DNA of 64,000 bases from Octopus vulgaris (Eukaryota). The stretch covers positions 20,460,001 to 20,524,000 of the forward strand of contig OX597831.1 of NCBI GenBank assembly GCA_951406725.2. The letters run 5' to 3'. This document shows, in pieces, positions 13,586 through 27,679 of this stretch; positions within the stretch are counted from its first letter, which is position 1, and each line of letters opens with the position of its first letter. The notes beneath the pieces are model-generated. The model saw only the letters and a list, made by a program, of their open reading frames with translations, was not told the DNA's origin and did no database searches. The position numbers were made by a program, and so were the translations under genes.

Positions 13586-14217
13586 AGCTGCAATTAAGTT
13601 GTGTATGCATACAAATGTATTATATATACATATATGTGGAAGTAGATGTCTTTAAAAAGGTACTTGACATCCTTCTTTCCACAATACCGGATGAACCATA
13701 TGGTTGGTAAGCAAGCTACTTACCACACCGCCACTTCTGCGCCTGTATATATATGTATGTATGCATACATATATACTTACCTGTTTATAAATATACTAAC
13801 AAGTATATGTATCTGGCTAGATCGCTTGAGACAAAGAGAGAAGGAGAAAGAGGGGAGGGAGCGCGAGAAAGAAAGAGAGGGAGAGGGAGAAATATAGATA
13901 GACAAAGAAAGAGGGAGACAGCCGGGAAAATTATTATCAGTTATTCAGTGTTCATGTGATGATAATTACCTATATTGTCTCGCGAACCATTCTTCATCAG
14001 TAAATAATGACTTTGAGATATAATTGAGGAAGTTTGAGTGGCCAACTGTCAAAATCACATCTAGCTGCGAGCATAGCGCAAGTTTCTAACGTCGATCACT
14101 TAATAGTATGACGTCTGTGCTTGTAGTAATATCCGTATCAAAATTTTGCAAAATGTATTGCTTCAAAGGAAGCGATATTGCATGTTTCTTTAACAGTCAT
14201 TATTACTTTTGGACCTA

Positions 14218-14660
14218 AGGCGATGAGCTAGACGAAATACTTACCGGTATTCCGCCCGTTGACGGTTGTGAGCTGGCAGAAACGTTAGCGCGCCATGCGA
14301 AATGCTTAGCGGTATTTCGTCTGTCGCAACGTTCTGAGTTCAAATTCCGCCGAGGTCGACTTTGCCTTTCATCCTTTCGGGGTCGATAAATTAAGTACCA
14401 ATTACGCACTGGGGTCGATGTAATCGACTTAATACCTATATCTGTCCTTGTTTGTCCCCTCTATGTTTAGCCCCTTGTGGGTAATAAAGAAATAGGTATT
14501 TCGCCCGTCACTACGTTCTGATTTCAAATTCCGCCGGGGTCGACTTTGCCTTTCATCCTTTCGGGGGTCGATAAATTAAGTACCAGTTACATTCTGGGGT
14601 CGAGGTAATCGACTGGTCCCCCCACCCAAATTACAGGCTTTGTGCCTATAGGAGAAAGGA
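14218..14660 (+). mobile_element. Young SINE B inserted into an older SINE B
   Basis: TSD GGTATT(C/T)CGCCCGT at 14246-14259 and 14495-14508. Confidence 0.88.
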
Positions 14661-14956
14661 TGATTTCTTTTGGACCATGGTTTCGTTTAAACAGCATTCC
14701 TTTCAATTGTACACGTTAGCGGAAATGATTATTAATAATGGCAACGGTGTAAATAGCGATCACTGCATTTTCGAGTGGTCATGACACTTTCACTTCTATT
14801 AGCTTAAGCCAGAGGCTGCAACCATGATGGTGCACCTTCTATCTGAATTAATCCACTAAAAAGTTAATTTTTCAAATTCTACATTGTGATATAGATTAAG
14901 ATGACAAAACTATATACATATATATAGACATATATTTACATATTCATATATGTATG

Positions 14957-14987
<31 letters not shown>

Positions 14988-15148
14988 GCAAATACATATA
15001 TACACATATACACGTACGTATACTTATAAAGATATACAGTGATTTTTACCTTTATGTACATAGATACACAGATATATACATACAATATACATACCAAGTT
15101 AAATATATATTCATCTATGCATAATATTTATATATATTCATCTATGTA

Positions 15149-15194
<46 letters not shown>

Positions 15195-15276
15195 TAGATA
15201 TATTATCTCCGATGGCGCGAGATCGGGATGCCAGAGGTAGGTAAATAGCATTTGCAAATCTGTAATTTACTGGATT

Positions 15277-15335
15277 GTTGTGCCGATGATGGGAATGAGT
15301 TCTTTATAATTCTAACCCAGAAACACGTCCACAAC
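15277..15335 (+). ncRNA. Type I hammerhead motif (U4>C) in a (TA)n-flanked insert at about 15203-15488
   Basis: GTTGTG-CCGATGA-TGGG...CCCA-GAAAC-AC-GTC-CACAAC; perfect 6-bp stem I. Confidence 0.72.
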
Positions 15336-15486
15336 TGACCGAAGACTGTTTGATTTCGTTATTTTCCTTCTTTTGCCTATGTGAGTTACAAGTAATGTTA
15401 TATGTGGAGCTATATCTGTAGTAAATAGGAACAAGCGGTCTATTTCTAAATTTTCGGTCTGTAGTTAAGTAACCTGTTGCTTAACG

Positions 15487-15542
<56 letters not shown>

Positions 15543-15716
15543 ACTTTTTCTAAAAGTTCCTACTGATTATGGTTCTCTTTTCATACCGATAACTACTTGG
15601 TAATTATTATTAATTTTAAAATGAATAATTATTTACCATTATATTAGTAATATATATATGTATGTGTGTGTGTGTGTGTAGTATTAATAAAATAGATAGA
15701 AAAAAGATTTTATTTA

Positions 15717-15757
15717 GTACAATACTAGTTTTGACCCTTCTGGGTCTCTTCGGGTAC
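15717..15757 (-). ncRNA. Degenerate hammerhead-like motif
   Basis: GTAC-CCGAAGA-GACCC-AGAA-GGGTC-AAAAC-TA-GTA-TTGTAC; two core changes. Confidence 0.5.
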
Positions 15758-16363
15758 ATAAATAAATAAATAAAAAAGTCTCACCAGACATTCGGTTTTA
15801 CGTATCGCTAAATGTCCGTCAACTTTGGAAATATATATATATATATATATGTATGTACAAACATACATAGAAGTACACATACATAGAGTTATGAACACGC
15901 GCGTAAATACCCTGTTGTTTGGAAAATAATAGAGCCATGCTGAAAGTTGAATTATATAGGCAGATTGTTTAACGCCCAAACTGATTTACATAATGAAATC
16001 TTATGAAATCTTCTTGTCTTATTTCAATTGAAAGTATTGATTTGCGAATGGAAAGAATTATACATAAACACACACACACACACACACACACGCACGCACA
16101 CACTCACACACACATTCATACATACACATGCACGCACACGCACACACGTCCACCTTGACATATGCTTGAAAAATACTTGTGGACTAGTGTTATAAATACA
16201 TAAATGCATTACGCATATATAGTCATGTAATGTGATACGATATAATAAAACGAAGTAATATAATATTCATGAATCACAATATAGATTATACGTATACTTA
16301 TTTATATATTACAGGCGTATATATGTATGCATGTATTTAATATAGATACATATACATACACAT

Positions 16364-16394
<31 letters not shown>

Positions 16395-16479
16395 AACACA
16401 CATATATATGTATACATACGTATGTATATATATATTATATATATATATATTATATATATATATTATATATTATATATAT

Positions 16480-16667
16480 ATATATAGGACTGGCTTCTTT
16501 CAGTTTCAGTCTACCAAATCCACTCACAAGACTTTGGTCTGATATAGTAGAAGATAGTTACGAGGATATAGTCGAAGATAGTAACTCAAGGTGCCACGCA
16601 GTGGGACTGAAACCGGAACCATGTAGTTCGTAAGCAAGCTACATACCGCACACCCACACCTGCGCCT
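16480..16667 (-). mobile_element. SINE family A, 5' part
   Basis: Matches family A head. Confidence 0.8.
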
Positions 16668-16865
16668 ATATATATTAATGTTCAATTTATAGGAAAGATC
16701 CAGCGGAATAATTACAAGGTAGCCAGATGTCACATAACTGTCCTAGGAATCAGTAATCACACTTGTGTGCGAGTTAATTCCGCGAAGAAGCGAGACGTAT
16801 TTTGGAGAACATAGGGAAAATTGAAAACAGAGACAAACGCTCAAGACAAACGTTTAAACCATTTA

Positions 16866-16950
16866 TTTCGACATATGTTTCGATGGATGCATTCAAAATA
16901 AATCCGACAGGATAAATAATGTGGAGCAATGCATCAATCTTATCGGGGAG
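16866..16950 (-). ncRNA. Degenerate hammerhead-like motif with long stem II
   Basis: CCGATAA-GATTGATGCATT...AATGCATCCATC-GAAAC-ATAT-GTC; palindromic stem III; poor stem I. Confidence 0.5.
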
Positions 16951-17001
16951 GATGTAAACAACAGTGAGTATGAATTAGACATTTTAACGGTTGTTTAATT
17001 G

Positions 17002-17080
<79 letters not shown>

Positions 17081-17318
17081 CACACACATATATGTATGTA
17101 TATATATATATATACACACACATATATACGTGTGGAGACAGCCAAAAGAAGCAGATTGCCTTCTTCCAACTGTTAAACATTGAGAAGGATCTGTGATGAT
17201 CTGGGGGACTATATACAGACAGGCTTCAGACATATTTACATGAAGCACAGAATGAAGAATACAGAATAAAGGAAAAAGAAAAAAAAAACAGAATTACGTA
17301 ACCATATGTATATATGTA

Positions 17319-17370
<52 letters not shown>

Positions 17371-17907
17371 TAAATATAGATATATGTAATCACACACACA
17401 TATATGTGTATGTGTGTCTAAGTTTGTACATTGTGTATGTATAATATGTATGTACCAAATGTAGATCTAATTGATATATACATATATACATACATTTTAG
17501 ATATGAGTGGATGTATATCTGTTTCCGCGTATATATATATTTGTGTATATACATGCGTGTATGCATACATCTGTATACATACACACACACACACACTAAC
17601 ACACACACATACATGAATATATTATTCTTTCCATTTACAACTGAATATTATATATTGGAATAAGACAGTAAGACTGCATAACATTTCATTATGTAAAACA
17701 GTTTGGGCGTTAAGAAATCTACCTATACAATTTAACTTCCAACACGGCTACTTTATTTTACAAAAGTCTATTTATATGCATGGCCATATACTCACATAGA
17801 TGAATGCATAAATATTGCATACATATGTATGTAGGAATGTATATCCAAACGTAAATGTGGATGAGAATATAAATGCCTAAAAATGTATATGCATTATATA
17901 TATATAT

Positions 17908-18092
17908 ATCGCTAGCCACTAAACGTTTTTTTTTTATTTTCGCTCTCTCGTTGTTTCTGTGTTCCTTTCTGCTGAAGAGCGTAGGCTCGAAACGTAAAAT
18001 ACTTTCTCACTTCCTGAGCGTTAAACTAATACATATGTTTGTTGTTTACACACCCGTCTTCATTTTTTTTTTACTTATATTTTGTAAATTCC
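17908..18092 (+). mobile_element. Family F1 element with variant hammerhead at 17966-17999
   Basis: TTT-CTGCTGA-AGAGC-GTAG-GCTC-GAAAC-GTA-AAA. Confidence 0.75.
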
Positions 18093-18093
18093 A

Positions 18094-18130
<37 letters not shown>

Positions 18131-18161
18131 GCGCGCGCACACACACACACACATACACATA

Positions 18162-18388
18162 TACAATGGTGTGCTGAAAAGTTCCTGGTTTTAAGGGTGA
18201 GGTGAAAGACCTGGTTGGAGGTCTAATCGCCCAGGTTCTTTTACAAGGTTTAGAAAAAACTGAAGGGCCGCTGTTATAAGTGTGTGAATCTGAGAGGGGG
18301 ATGTGTTGAATAAAATCATAATTAACTGATCCTTCTATATTTTCTTTTGCCCAAAGCCAGGATATTTCAGCCACCCCCACCTCCTGTA
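18162..18388 (+). mobile_element. Internally deleted non-autonomous mariner (MITE-like)
   Basis: Imperfect TIRs GTGCTGAAAAGTTCCTGG / CCAGGATATTTCAGC with TA ends; retains transposase C-terminus RCYKCVNLRGGCVE*. Confidence 0.75.
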
Positions 18389-18666
18389 CACACACACACA
18401 TACATACGCACGCACGCACACACATGATATGTGCAAATGTAAATCAGTCAGCTTCTTCTTTTATGTAAAATTTTAAAACATTTTTGTCACCTTTCATTTA
18501 TACTCCTTAAAGTTTTTGAAATATCTTTTTGCTTTTCACTGGTTTCCTTTTGAATATATAAACTTACAAAGATTATATATTCAACGATGGCGATAACAAT
18601 GACGACAAAGATGACGATGATGATGATGATAATGATGAACGATATTTAAAATAATGGGCATAATAA

Positions 18667-19251
<585 letters not shown>

Positions 19252-19775
19252 CTAAATCCGAAAGGCACTTCAAAATAAAAAGCTAGTCGGATTTGGAAAT
19301 AATTACATACAAAGTGTAATACTATCTCCAGGCACATCGTGTTTCTAGCAGTGAGATATTCGCAAAAGCCTATGGTCATGTGATGATACTACTACCGCGA
19401 ATGGAAACAGAGAATCGTAAGTCTGTGTTGATGGTTATATAATACACTCTATCTACTACATAAGTCGGTAATAAACGAAAACAGCCGAACTATCATCACG
19501 AGAACACACAAGAATCTGATTGTGTATGTGCGTGTGTGTATATGTGTAAGTATGTGTGTGTATATTTGCGTATTTATATGTGTGATCTTGTGCGCGCGTG
19601 TGTGTGTATCATATACATACACATATCTAGATAGGTCTACATATCTACCTACCTACCTCCCTACCTACGAACCTACGTGCTACGTACGTACCTACCTACC
19701 TATCTACGTACGTACGTACGTACGTACGTACCTACCTACCTACCTACCTACCTACCTACCTACCTACCTACCTAC

Positions 19776-19859
<84 letters not shown>

Positions 19860-19865
19860 TTATCC

Positions 19866-19951
<86 letters not shown>

Positions 19952-21495
19952 GTATATATGTGTGTGTACATATATTAATACACGCACATGTATAGTTACT
20001 TGCATATAAATATATACATGCGTAGATGCGCATATATATGTATTTTTATATTTAAAATACACATACACTCACAAGTATATTTATCAATATATCTGTATAT
20101 ACATGTACGTCTATATATCACTCTCTGCACACACACACACACACACATACACAACCATACGCACGCATAATGCACACATACACACATACACACACTCATA
20201 TATATATACACACACATATATACGAACACACTTTCATAAGTATGTATAATCTGTCTATCCAAGAGCAACAGATGGTCAAATCGGTGGAGGGTAATTAATG
20301 TCAACAAGTCTGTAATTCTACCAAATTAACTTTCTATCAAATTATTCCATCAAAGCATTAAGTCTTTTACTGGTATTATGTTGCATGTTTTTAGCAAAAT
20401 CCCCAATCTGTAGGCTAATACTAAAGAGATGCATTAAAACCTACAGCAAATCTCAACCAAAAGTGCTTTAGTAACAAACTGACACTTTTTTCGCCTTCAA
20501 TAAAGAGAAATAAATACATATTTCTGAAGATCACTAGATTCACTAATAAGCGATCAAGCTGTTAGTTCAGATCTTGTAATGCCCACTCATGTGTGTGTGT
20601 GTGTATGTGTGCGCGGAAATAACACATAAAGGGACGTATGTTCTTTTCATGTTGGTTGTTTGTTATTGTTAATTTTAGCTGCTTCTAGTGATTGTATTGG
20701 TGGCCATACAGGTTCCAGAACTTACTTTAAAGATGTGTTATACACAAAGCTGTTGTGTTTTTAAATACAAAAATAATACATGCCCACACATGGCGTCAAA
20801 ATTGGGATGGTTTTTGGCCGATAACTGATGGGAGTTGAGCGCGTGCACGACCTACCCACCCACCTACCTACTACCTTACCTACCTACCTACCTACCTACC
20901 TACCTACCTACCTACCTACCTACCTACCTACCTACCTACCTACCTACCTACCTACCTACCTACCTACCTACCTACCTACCTACCTACCTACCTACCTACA
21001 TACCTACCTACCTACCTACCTACCTACCTACCTACCTACATACATACATACATACATACATACATCTATCTACCCACCTACCTACCTACCTGCCTGCCTG
21101 CCTGTCTGTCTGTCTGTTTCTCTCTATATAAATATGTATATATATATATATATATTACATACATGCATACATGCATACTTATACACACACATACAAGAGA
21201 AAGAAGATATCTATGGACCATTGATAAGCAGTTTGCCAGTCCTGTACTCAAGATACTCTTTTAGCTTCGTACTTATCAGAGCAACAGGATGTGTACCAGA
21301 TCATATGAACTTGGTTTCTTGGGAGGAGAATACAATTCCTTAATTCATACACTTTAAATGATCACGATAAGTGGTACTATAAAAATCTGCAAGACTTTCT
21401 TATGAGTTAAAAGATATCAAAACAAGATGCTTTCTGTCACAACTTGCTACAAAGAATCTAGCCGGTCATAAGTAACTCTAAAAATGGAAATTCTT

Positions 21496-21722
21496 TTCTA
21501 TTCTAGGCACAAGGCCCGAAATTCTTGGGGAGTGGATACACAACTGGTACTTAATTTAGAAATTTTTGGGGAACGGGTACGCAATTGGTACTTAATTTAT
21601 CGAGCCCAAAAGGATGAAAGACAAAGATGACCTCAGCGGAATTTGAACTCAGAACGTAAAGACAAACGAAATACTGCTAAGCACTTTGCCGGCGTATTAA
21701 TGTTTCTGCCAGCGCGCCGCCT
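21496..21722 (-). mobile_element. SINE family B (older tail type)
   Basis: Reverse complement of the family B head and body. Confidence 0.8.
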
Positions 21723-21919
21723 TACAAAGAAAATTTGAATATAACATATACGTGTCCTAGTTAGATTTTTAGTGCGAAAGCTTTTCTCGTATTTCTGCAT
21801 TGTTCATTCCTTATATACATACATGATGGCTGCCCACTCGTGACCGAGGAAAAACACTACTGACCTTTAAGAAAATTATGCGCTAAAGACTACCTTATAC
21901 ACACACACACACACACACA

Positions 21920-22090
21920 CACACGACACAACACGTTTCTTTCAGTTTCCGTCTATTAAATACACTCACAAGGCTTTGGTCGGCCCGAGGCTGTAGTCGA
22001 AAACATTTGCCCAAGTTTCCACGTAGTAGGATTGAACCCGGAAGCATGGGGTTGGGAAGCAAGTTTCTTACCACGCAGCCACGCCTGCGT
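21920..22090 (-). mobile_element. SINE family A, 5' part
   Basis: Matches family A head. Confidence 0.8.
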
Positions 22091-22375
22091 CTATGTATAT
22101 TCTTAAGATTTATAAAATAAGGGCAATATCTAAGAATCGAAGAGAAATTGCATGTTTTATATACTGAAACTGAATGTGAGTATTGATACAATGGACACGT
22201 GATAAAAAGTATTTCGCAAAATATCAGTATTCGATACTAATCTTACATTGATTTCCATCAAATTCTCTGATCAATTAAATCTGAAGACGAATTTGATCAA
22301 CTTTATCCTTTTGGTTACCAATAGCAACGTTATTGTTAAGCCGATTGTCACAAACCCTCTAGCAATTAATGATAT

Positions 22376-22477
22376 TCTTCTTCTTCTTCTTCTTCTTCTT
22401 CTTCTTCTTCTTCTTCTTCTTCTTCTTCTTCTTCTTCTTCTTCTTCTTCTTCTTCTTCTTCTTCTTCTTCGTCTTCC

Positions 22478-22508
<31 letters not shown>

Positions 22509-22533
22509 CTTCTTCTTCGTCTTCTTCCACTTC

Positions 22534-22564
<31 letters not shown>

Positions 22565-22569
22565 CTTCC

Positions 22570-22600
<31 letters not shown>

Positions 22601-22629
22601 CTTCTTCTTCTTCTTCTTCTTCGTCTTCC

Positions 22630-22660
<31 letters not shown>

Positions 22661-22833
22661 CTTCTTCTTCTTCTTCTTCTTCGTCTTCTTCCACTTCACT
22701 TCTTCTTCTTCTTCCACTTCTTCTTCCACTTCTTCTCCTTCTTCTTCTTCTTCTTCTTCTTCTTCTTCTTCTTCTTCTTCTTCTTCTTCTTCTTCTTCTT
22801 CTTGTTTTTGTGGTTGTTGCGTCGTCGTCGTCG

Positions 22834-22880
<47 letters not shown>

Positions 22881-22975
22881 GCCATCATCATCATCATCAT
22901 CGCCATCATCATCATTATTACTATTATTGATAGTAACGATAATACTACTACTACTACTACCACTACTAATAACGG
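22376..22975. repeat. Compound trinucleotide microsatellite (CTT)n/(GTC)/(ATC)/(ACT)
   Basis: Direct reading; explains ORFs 22248-23255. Confidence 0.95.
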
Positions 22976-23603
22976 TAACATTAACGATAACGAAAAAAAA
23001 AATAACATAAAACGCCAAATATATAGAAATATGCAAAAATGAAAGAAAAACAAAGCCTCGTCTTGTAAAGTCTTTCAAGATGATTATCATAATACTCAGT
23101 AAAAAGCAAAAAAAAAAAAAAAAAAAAGGAAAGAGGAATAGCAAAAGAAACCTATTTACCAAATATTGGGTTGCCCCCGTGGGGCAACATGTACGGTATT
23201 TTGCTAAGCTTGTACTCGTGATGAAAATATGAAATGTCGATCTAGCCAGCAGCACATATTCAATCTCCTATGATAACATTACGAAACCAATATTTGTCAA
23301 AACTCATCGAGGACTGCCTTAAACAAATTTGTTGGATACACACACTGGAAATTAACATAGCTAATGACTGTGGAACTCAGTGTTGGTTAGTTACGTTAGA
23401 ATTGAAGTGGAGAGAGAAAAAATATGGTTAGGCGACCCTTTAATATAGTTAAGCAGTCAGTTGATATGGATAGATAGTTAAATGTAGTAAGGCTGCTTAG
23501 ATAGATAGACAGACCGCCAGTTAATGTGGTTAGACAGTGAGTTAATAAAGTTAGGCAGTCAATTAATACAGTTAGGCAGTCGGTTAATAAAGTTAGACGG
23601 TTT

Positions 23604-24825
23604 AAGGCGGAAAGCTGGCAGAATCGTTAGCATGCGGCGAGTTGGCAGAAACATTAGCACGCCGGGCGAAATGTTTAGCGGTATTTCGTTTGCCCTTACG
23701 TTCTGAGTTCAAATTCTGCCGAGGTAGATTTTGCCTTTCATCCCTTCGGGATCGATACATTAGGTGCCAATTGGGTATTGGGGTCGTTCTAATCGACTGG
23801 CCCTCTCCCTCAAAATTTCGGGCCTTGTGCCTAGAAAAGAAAATGATATGGATAGATAGTTAAAGTAGTATGGCAGTTTAGATAGAGAGACCACCAGTTA
23901 ATGTAGTTAGACAGTGAGTTAATAAAGTTAGGCAGTCAATTAAAACAGTTAGGCAGTCGGTTAATAAAGTTAGACAGTTTAAGGCGGCAAGCTGGCAGAA
24001 TCGTTAGCATGTAGCGAGCTGGCAGAAACGTTAGCACACCGGGCGAAATGTTTAGCGGTATTTCGTCTGCCGCTATGTTCTGAGTTGAAGTTCCGCCGAG
24101 GTCGACTTTGCCTTTCATCCTTTCGGGGTCCATTAAATAAGTACCATTTACGCACTGGGGTCGATATAATCGACTTAATCCGTTTGTCTGTCCTTGTTTG
24201 TCCCCTCTGTGTTTCAACCCCTTGTGGGTAGTAAAGAAATAGGTATTTCGTCTGCCGCTAGGTTCTGAGTTGAAGTTCCGCCGAGGTCGACTTTGCCTTT
24301 CATCCTTTCGGGGTCGATTGAATAAGTATCAGTTACGCACTGGGGTCGATATAATCGACTTAATCTGTTTGTCTGTCCTTGTTTGTCCCCTCTGTGTGTA
24401 GCCCCTTGTGGGCAGTAAAGAAATAAGAATCATTAGCATGCCAGGCAAAAAGAAACTAACGGCATTTCGACCGTCTTTATATTCTAGCTTCAAATGTCAC
24501 CGGGGTCGATTTTGCCCTTTCGTCCTTTTGGGGTCGATGAAATAAGAACCCTCTCTAGAAATTGCAAGCCTTGTGCTAAAATTTGAAACCAATACATTGA
24601 GACAGTTTAAGGCGGTGATCTGGCAGAATCGTTAACACGTTAAGTGAAATGCTTAGTGGCATTTCACCTGTCCATACGTTCTGGGTTCATATGATGCCGG
24701 GGTCGATCTTGCATGTCATCCTTTAGGGGTTGGTAAAGTAATTGTCACTTGAGTACTGGTGTCGATTTAATCAACCTAACTCCCTCCCCCGAAATTGCTG
24801 GCCTTGTGCCAAAATTTGTAACCAA
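23604..24825 (+). mobile_element. Cluster of nested and tandem SINE B copies within a ~380-bp local duplication
   Basis: Heads near 23605, 23983, 24013 and 24611; TSD AGAATC(G/A)TTAGCATG at 23997-24011 and 24426-24440; 23463-23660 duplicated at about 23845-24040. Confidence 0.85.
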
Positions 24826-24922
24826 TATAGTTAGACAGTTTATAGATGTAAATGGACAGATTGTTAATATAAACAGACAATATATATTGTTGTATAGTGA
24901 AATAGCAAAGACAATCACTCAG

Positions 24923-24992
24923 ATTGGTGTAGTGGTTAAGAGCGCGGGCTACTAACCCCAAGATTCCGAGTTCAATTCCAAGCAGTGACCTG

Positions 24993-25028
<36 letters not shown>

Positions 25029-25208
25029 AACAACATCGAAAAATACCTTAGGAATGAGAACCCAGGTTCGAATGTCCCCAAGGCACCTGAAGAAGCCTGG
25101 AGAATTTATCAGCCGAAACGTTGTGTTGATAACAAACAAGATGAGAACAAATACCCGTCGAATGTAAATAATGTACATAATTCCCCATCTCTTAAATATA
25201 GAACTGTG
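24923..25208 (+). mobile_element. tRNA-head SINE-like element with (AAC)n spacer and hammerhead motif
   Basis: A box TGGTGTAGTGG, anticodon-like arm GGG-CTACTAA-CCC, B box GAGTTCAATTCC; flanking CAATCACT(C/T)AG at 24912-24922 and 25209-25219. Confidence 0.8.
25082..25127 (+). ncRNA. Minimal type I hammerhead motif (intact core)
   Basis: GGCAC-CTGAAGA-AGCCTG...CAGCC-GAAAC-GTT-GTGTT. Confidence 0.7.
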
Positions 25209-25366
25209 CAATCACTTAGTATAGATAGTTTATTGATACAGCTGGAGTTTGAGAGTACGTTGAAGTCATGGGAAGCAGCCTGATGGATGTGAACTATTTC
25301 AGCGGATGAACTTATTGAATCAATGACGTATATGATTAGATGCTGAGTGGATGACCAGACAACAAA

Positions 25367-26370
<1,004 letters not shown>

Positions 26371-26477
26371 AATTAAAATAACATAGACAGTCCGTTAATA
26401 TAGTTAGCAATCAGTTTATATATATAGTTAGACAGTCATGTTAATATAATGAATTAGTCATTGTATTTATGTATATA

Positions 26478-26539
<62 letters not shown>

Positions 26540-26582
26540 CATACATACATACATACATACCGGAGTAAGCGCATAAGTACAT

Positions 26583-27233
26583 TACTGCTCTTTCTAGCAC
26601 AAGGCGTTCCTATTTGGAAGCCTCTTAATGTGTTTTAATGTACACGATATTTTTATGTGAATAATATTTAGTCTATTGACTAATTTTTTTGTGCTAGGCC
26701 GCTGGTAATAATAATTTCTATAATTCTTATTACCCTAATATTATGTATTATGTTTAAATATTTTTGATAAATTTGTTCGAAATTTTACTAGCATCCTCTC
26801 TGTCGCCGGAAATAAACTGCATCTGCGCAGCGGATTTGAAAAGTTAGAATATACAGGCAGCGAGTTTACATGCGGATCTAATTGTGTGTATATTTAAAAT
26901 CTAAAGGCTACCTACTGACGAAGACTGGCCTCAGTAAATATTTTTTTACTGAAATTAGTCAGAAACCATGGTCTAGGAAATAAATTAGATGGTAAGCAGT
27001 TTTAATTTTCATTCCTTTCGAGAATTTATCCCTAATTAGTGGTTTGAGTTTTCTACTGCTCTTTCTAGCACAAGGCGTTCCTATTCGGAAGCCTCTTAAT
27101 GTGTTTTAAAGTAGACGACATTTTTATGTGAATAATATATTGTCTATTGACTAATTTTTTTGTGCTAGGCCGCTGGTAATAATAATTTCTATAATTCTTA
27201 TTACCCTAATATTACTTATTATGTTTAAATATT
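26583..27233 (+). mobile_element. Partial tandem (471-bp period) hammerhead-bearing element, retrozyme- or pLTR-like
   Basis: 180-bp direct repeats at 26583-26762 and 27054-27233 flank a hammerhead. Confidence 0.75.
26911..26977 (+). ncRNA. Type I hammerhead motif (intact core)
   Basis: CCTA-CTGACGA-AGACTGG..TCAGTAAA/TTTACTGA..TTAGTCA-GAAAC-CATG-GTC-TAGG. Confidence 0.78.
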
Positions 27234-27571
27234 GGCACTTAGTTAATTAAGTCAAAGCACCACTTGTAATACTTAGACGAACCCAGTTGTGATCAAGGTA
27301 GCGGATGATCAATGGGATTTCAAGCCTTGCGCTTCCTATCACATTTCAGCAATAGTGTACTTTGAACTACGTTAACTACTGTGTTCATTTTAAGACGGCA
27401 GTATGTGTGTGGTTTAAGGGAGACTCGGTTACTATTTCAAGCACGACAAACGATAACGCAGAGTTCTTCCTCTTTGTTAGTGTGAGTGTGTGTGTGTGCA
27501 TGTGTTGTGAGTGTATGTGTGTGTGTGTGTTTGTGTTTGTGTATGTGTGTGTGTGTGTGTGTGTTTGTGTT

Positions 27572-27619
<48 letters not shown>

Positions 27620-27648
27620 TGTGTGTGTGCATGTGTTGTGAGTGTATG

Positions 27649-27679
<31 letters not shown>

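Noticed and set aside
13965-14003. Minus-strand CTGATGA-AGAATGGTTC-GC-GAGAC
   Set aside because: Second box and stem III do not fit a hammerhead.
22248-23255. Long ORFs of 173-298 aa with homopolymer runs
   Set aside because: Trinucleotide microsatellite open in several frames on both strands; no domain content.
24923-24990. Functional tRNA gene
   Set aside because: Acceptor stem is incomplete and the sequence continues into a repeat body within a TSD; it is a SINE head.
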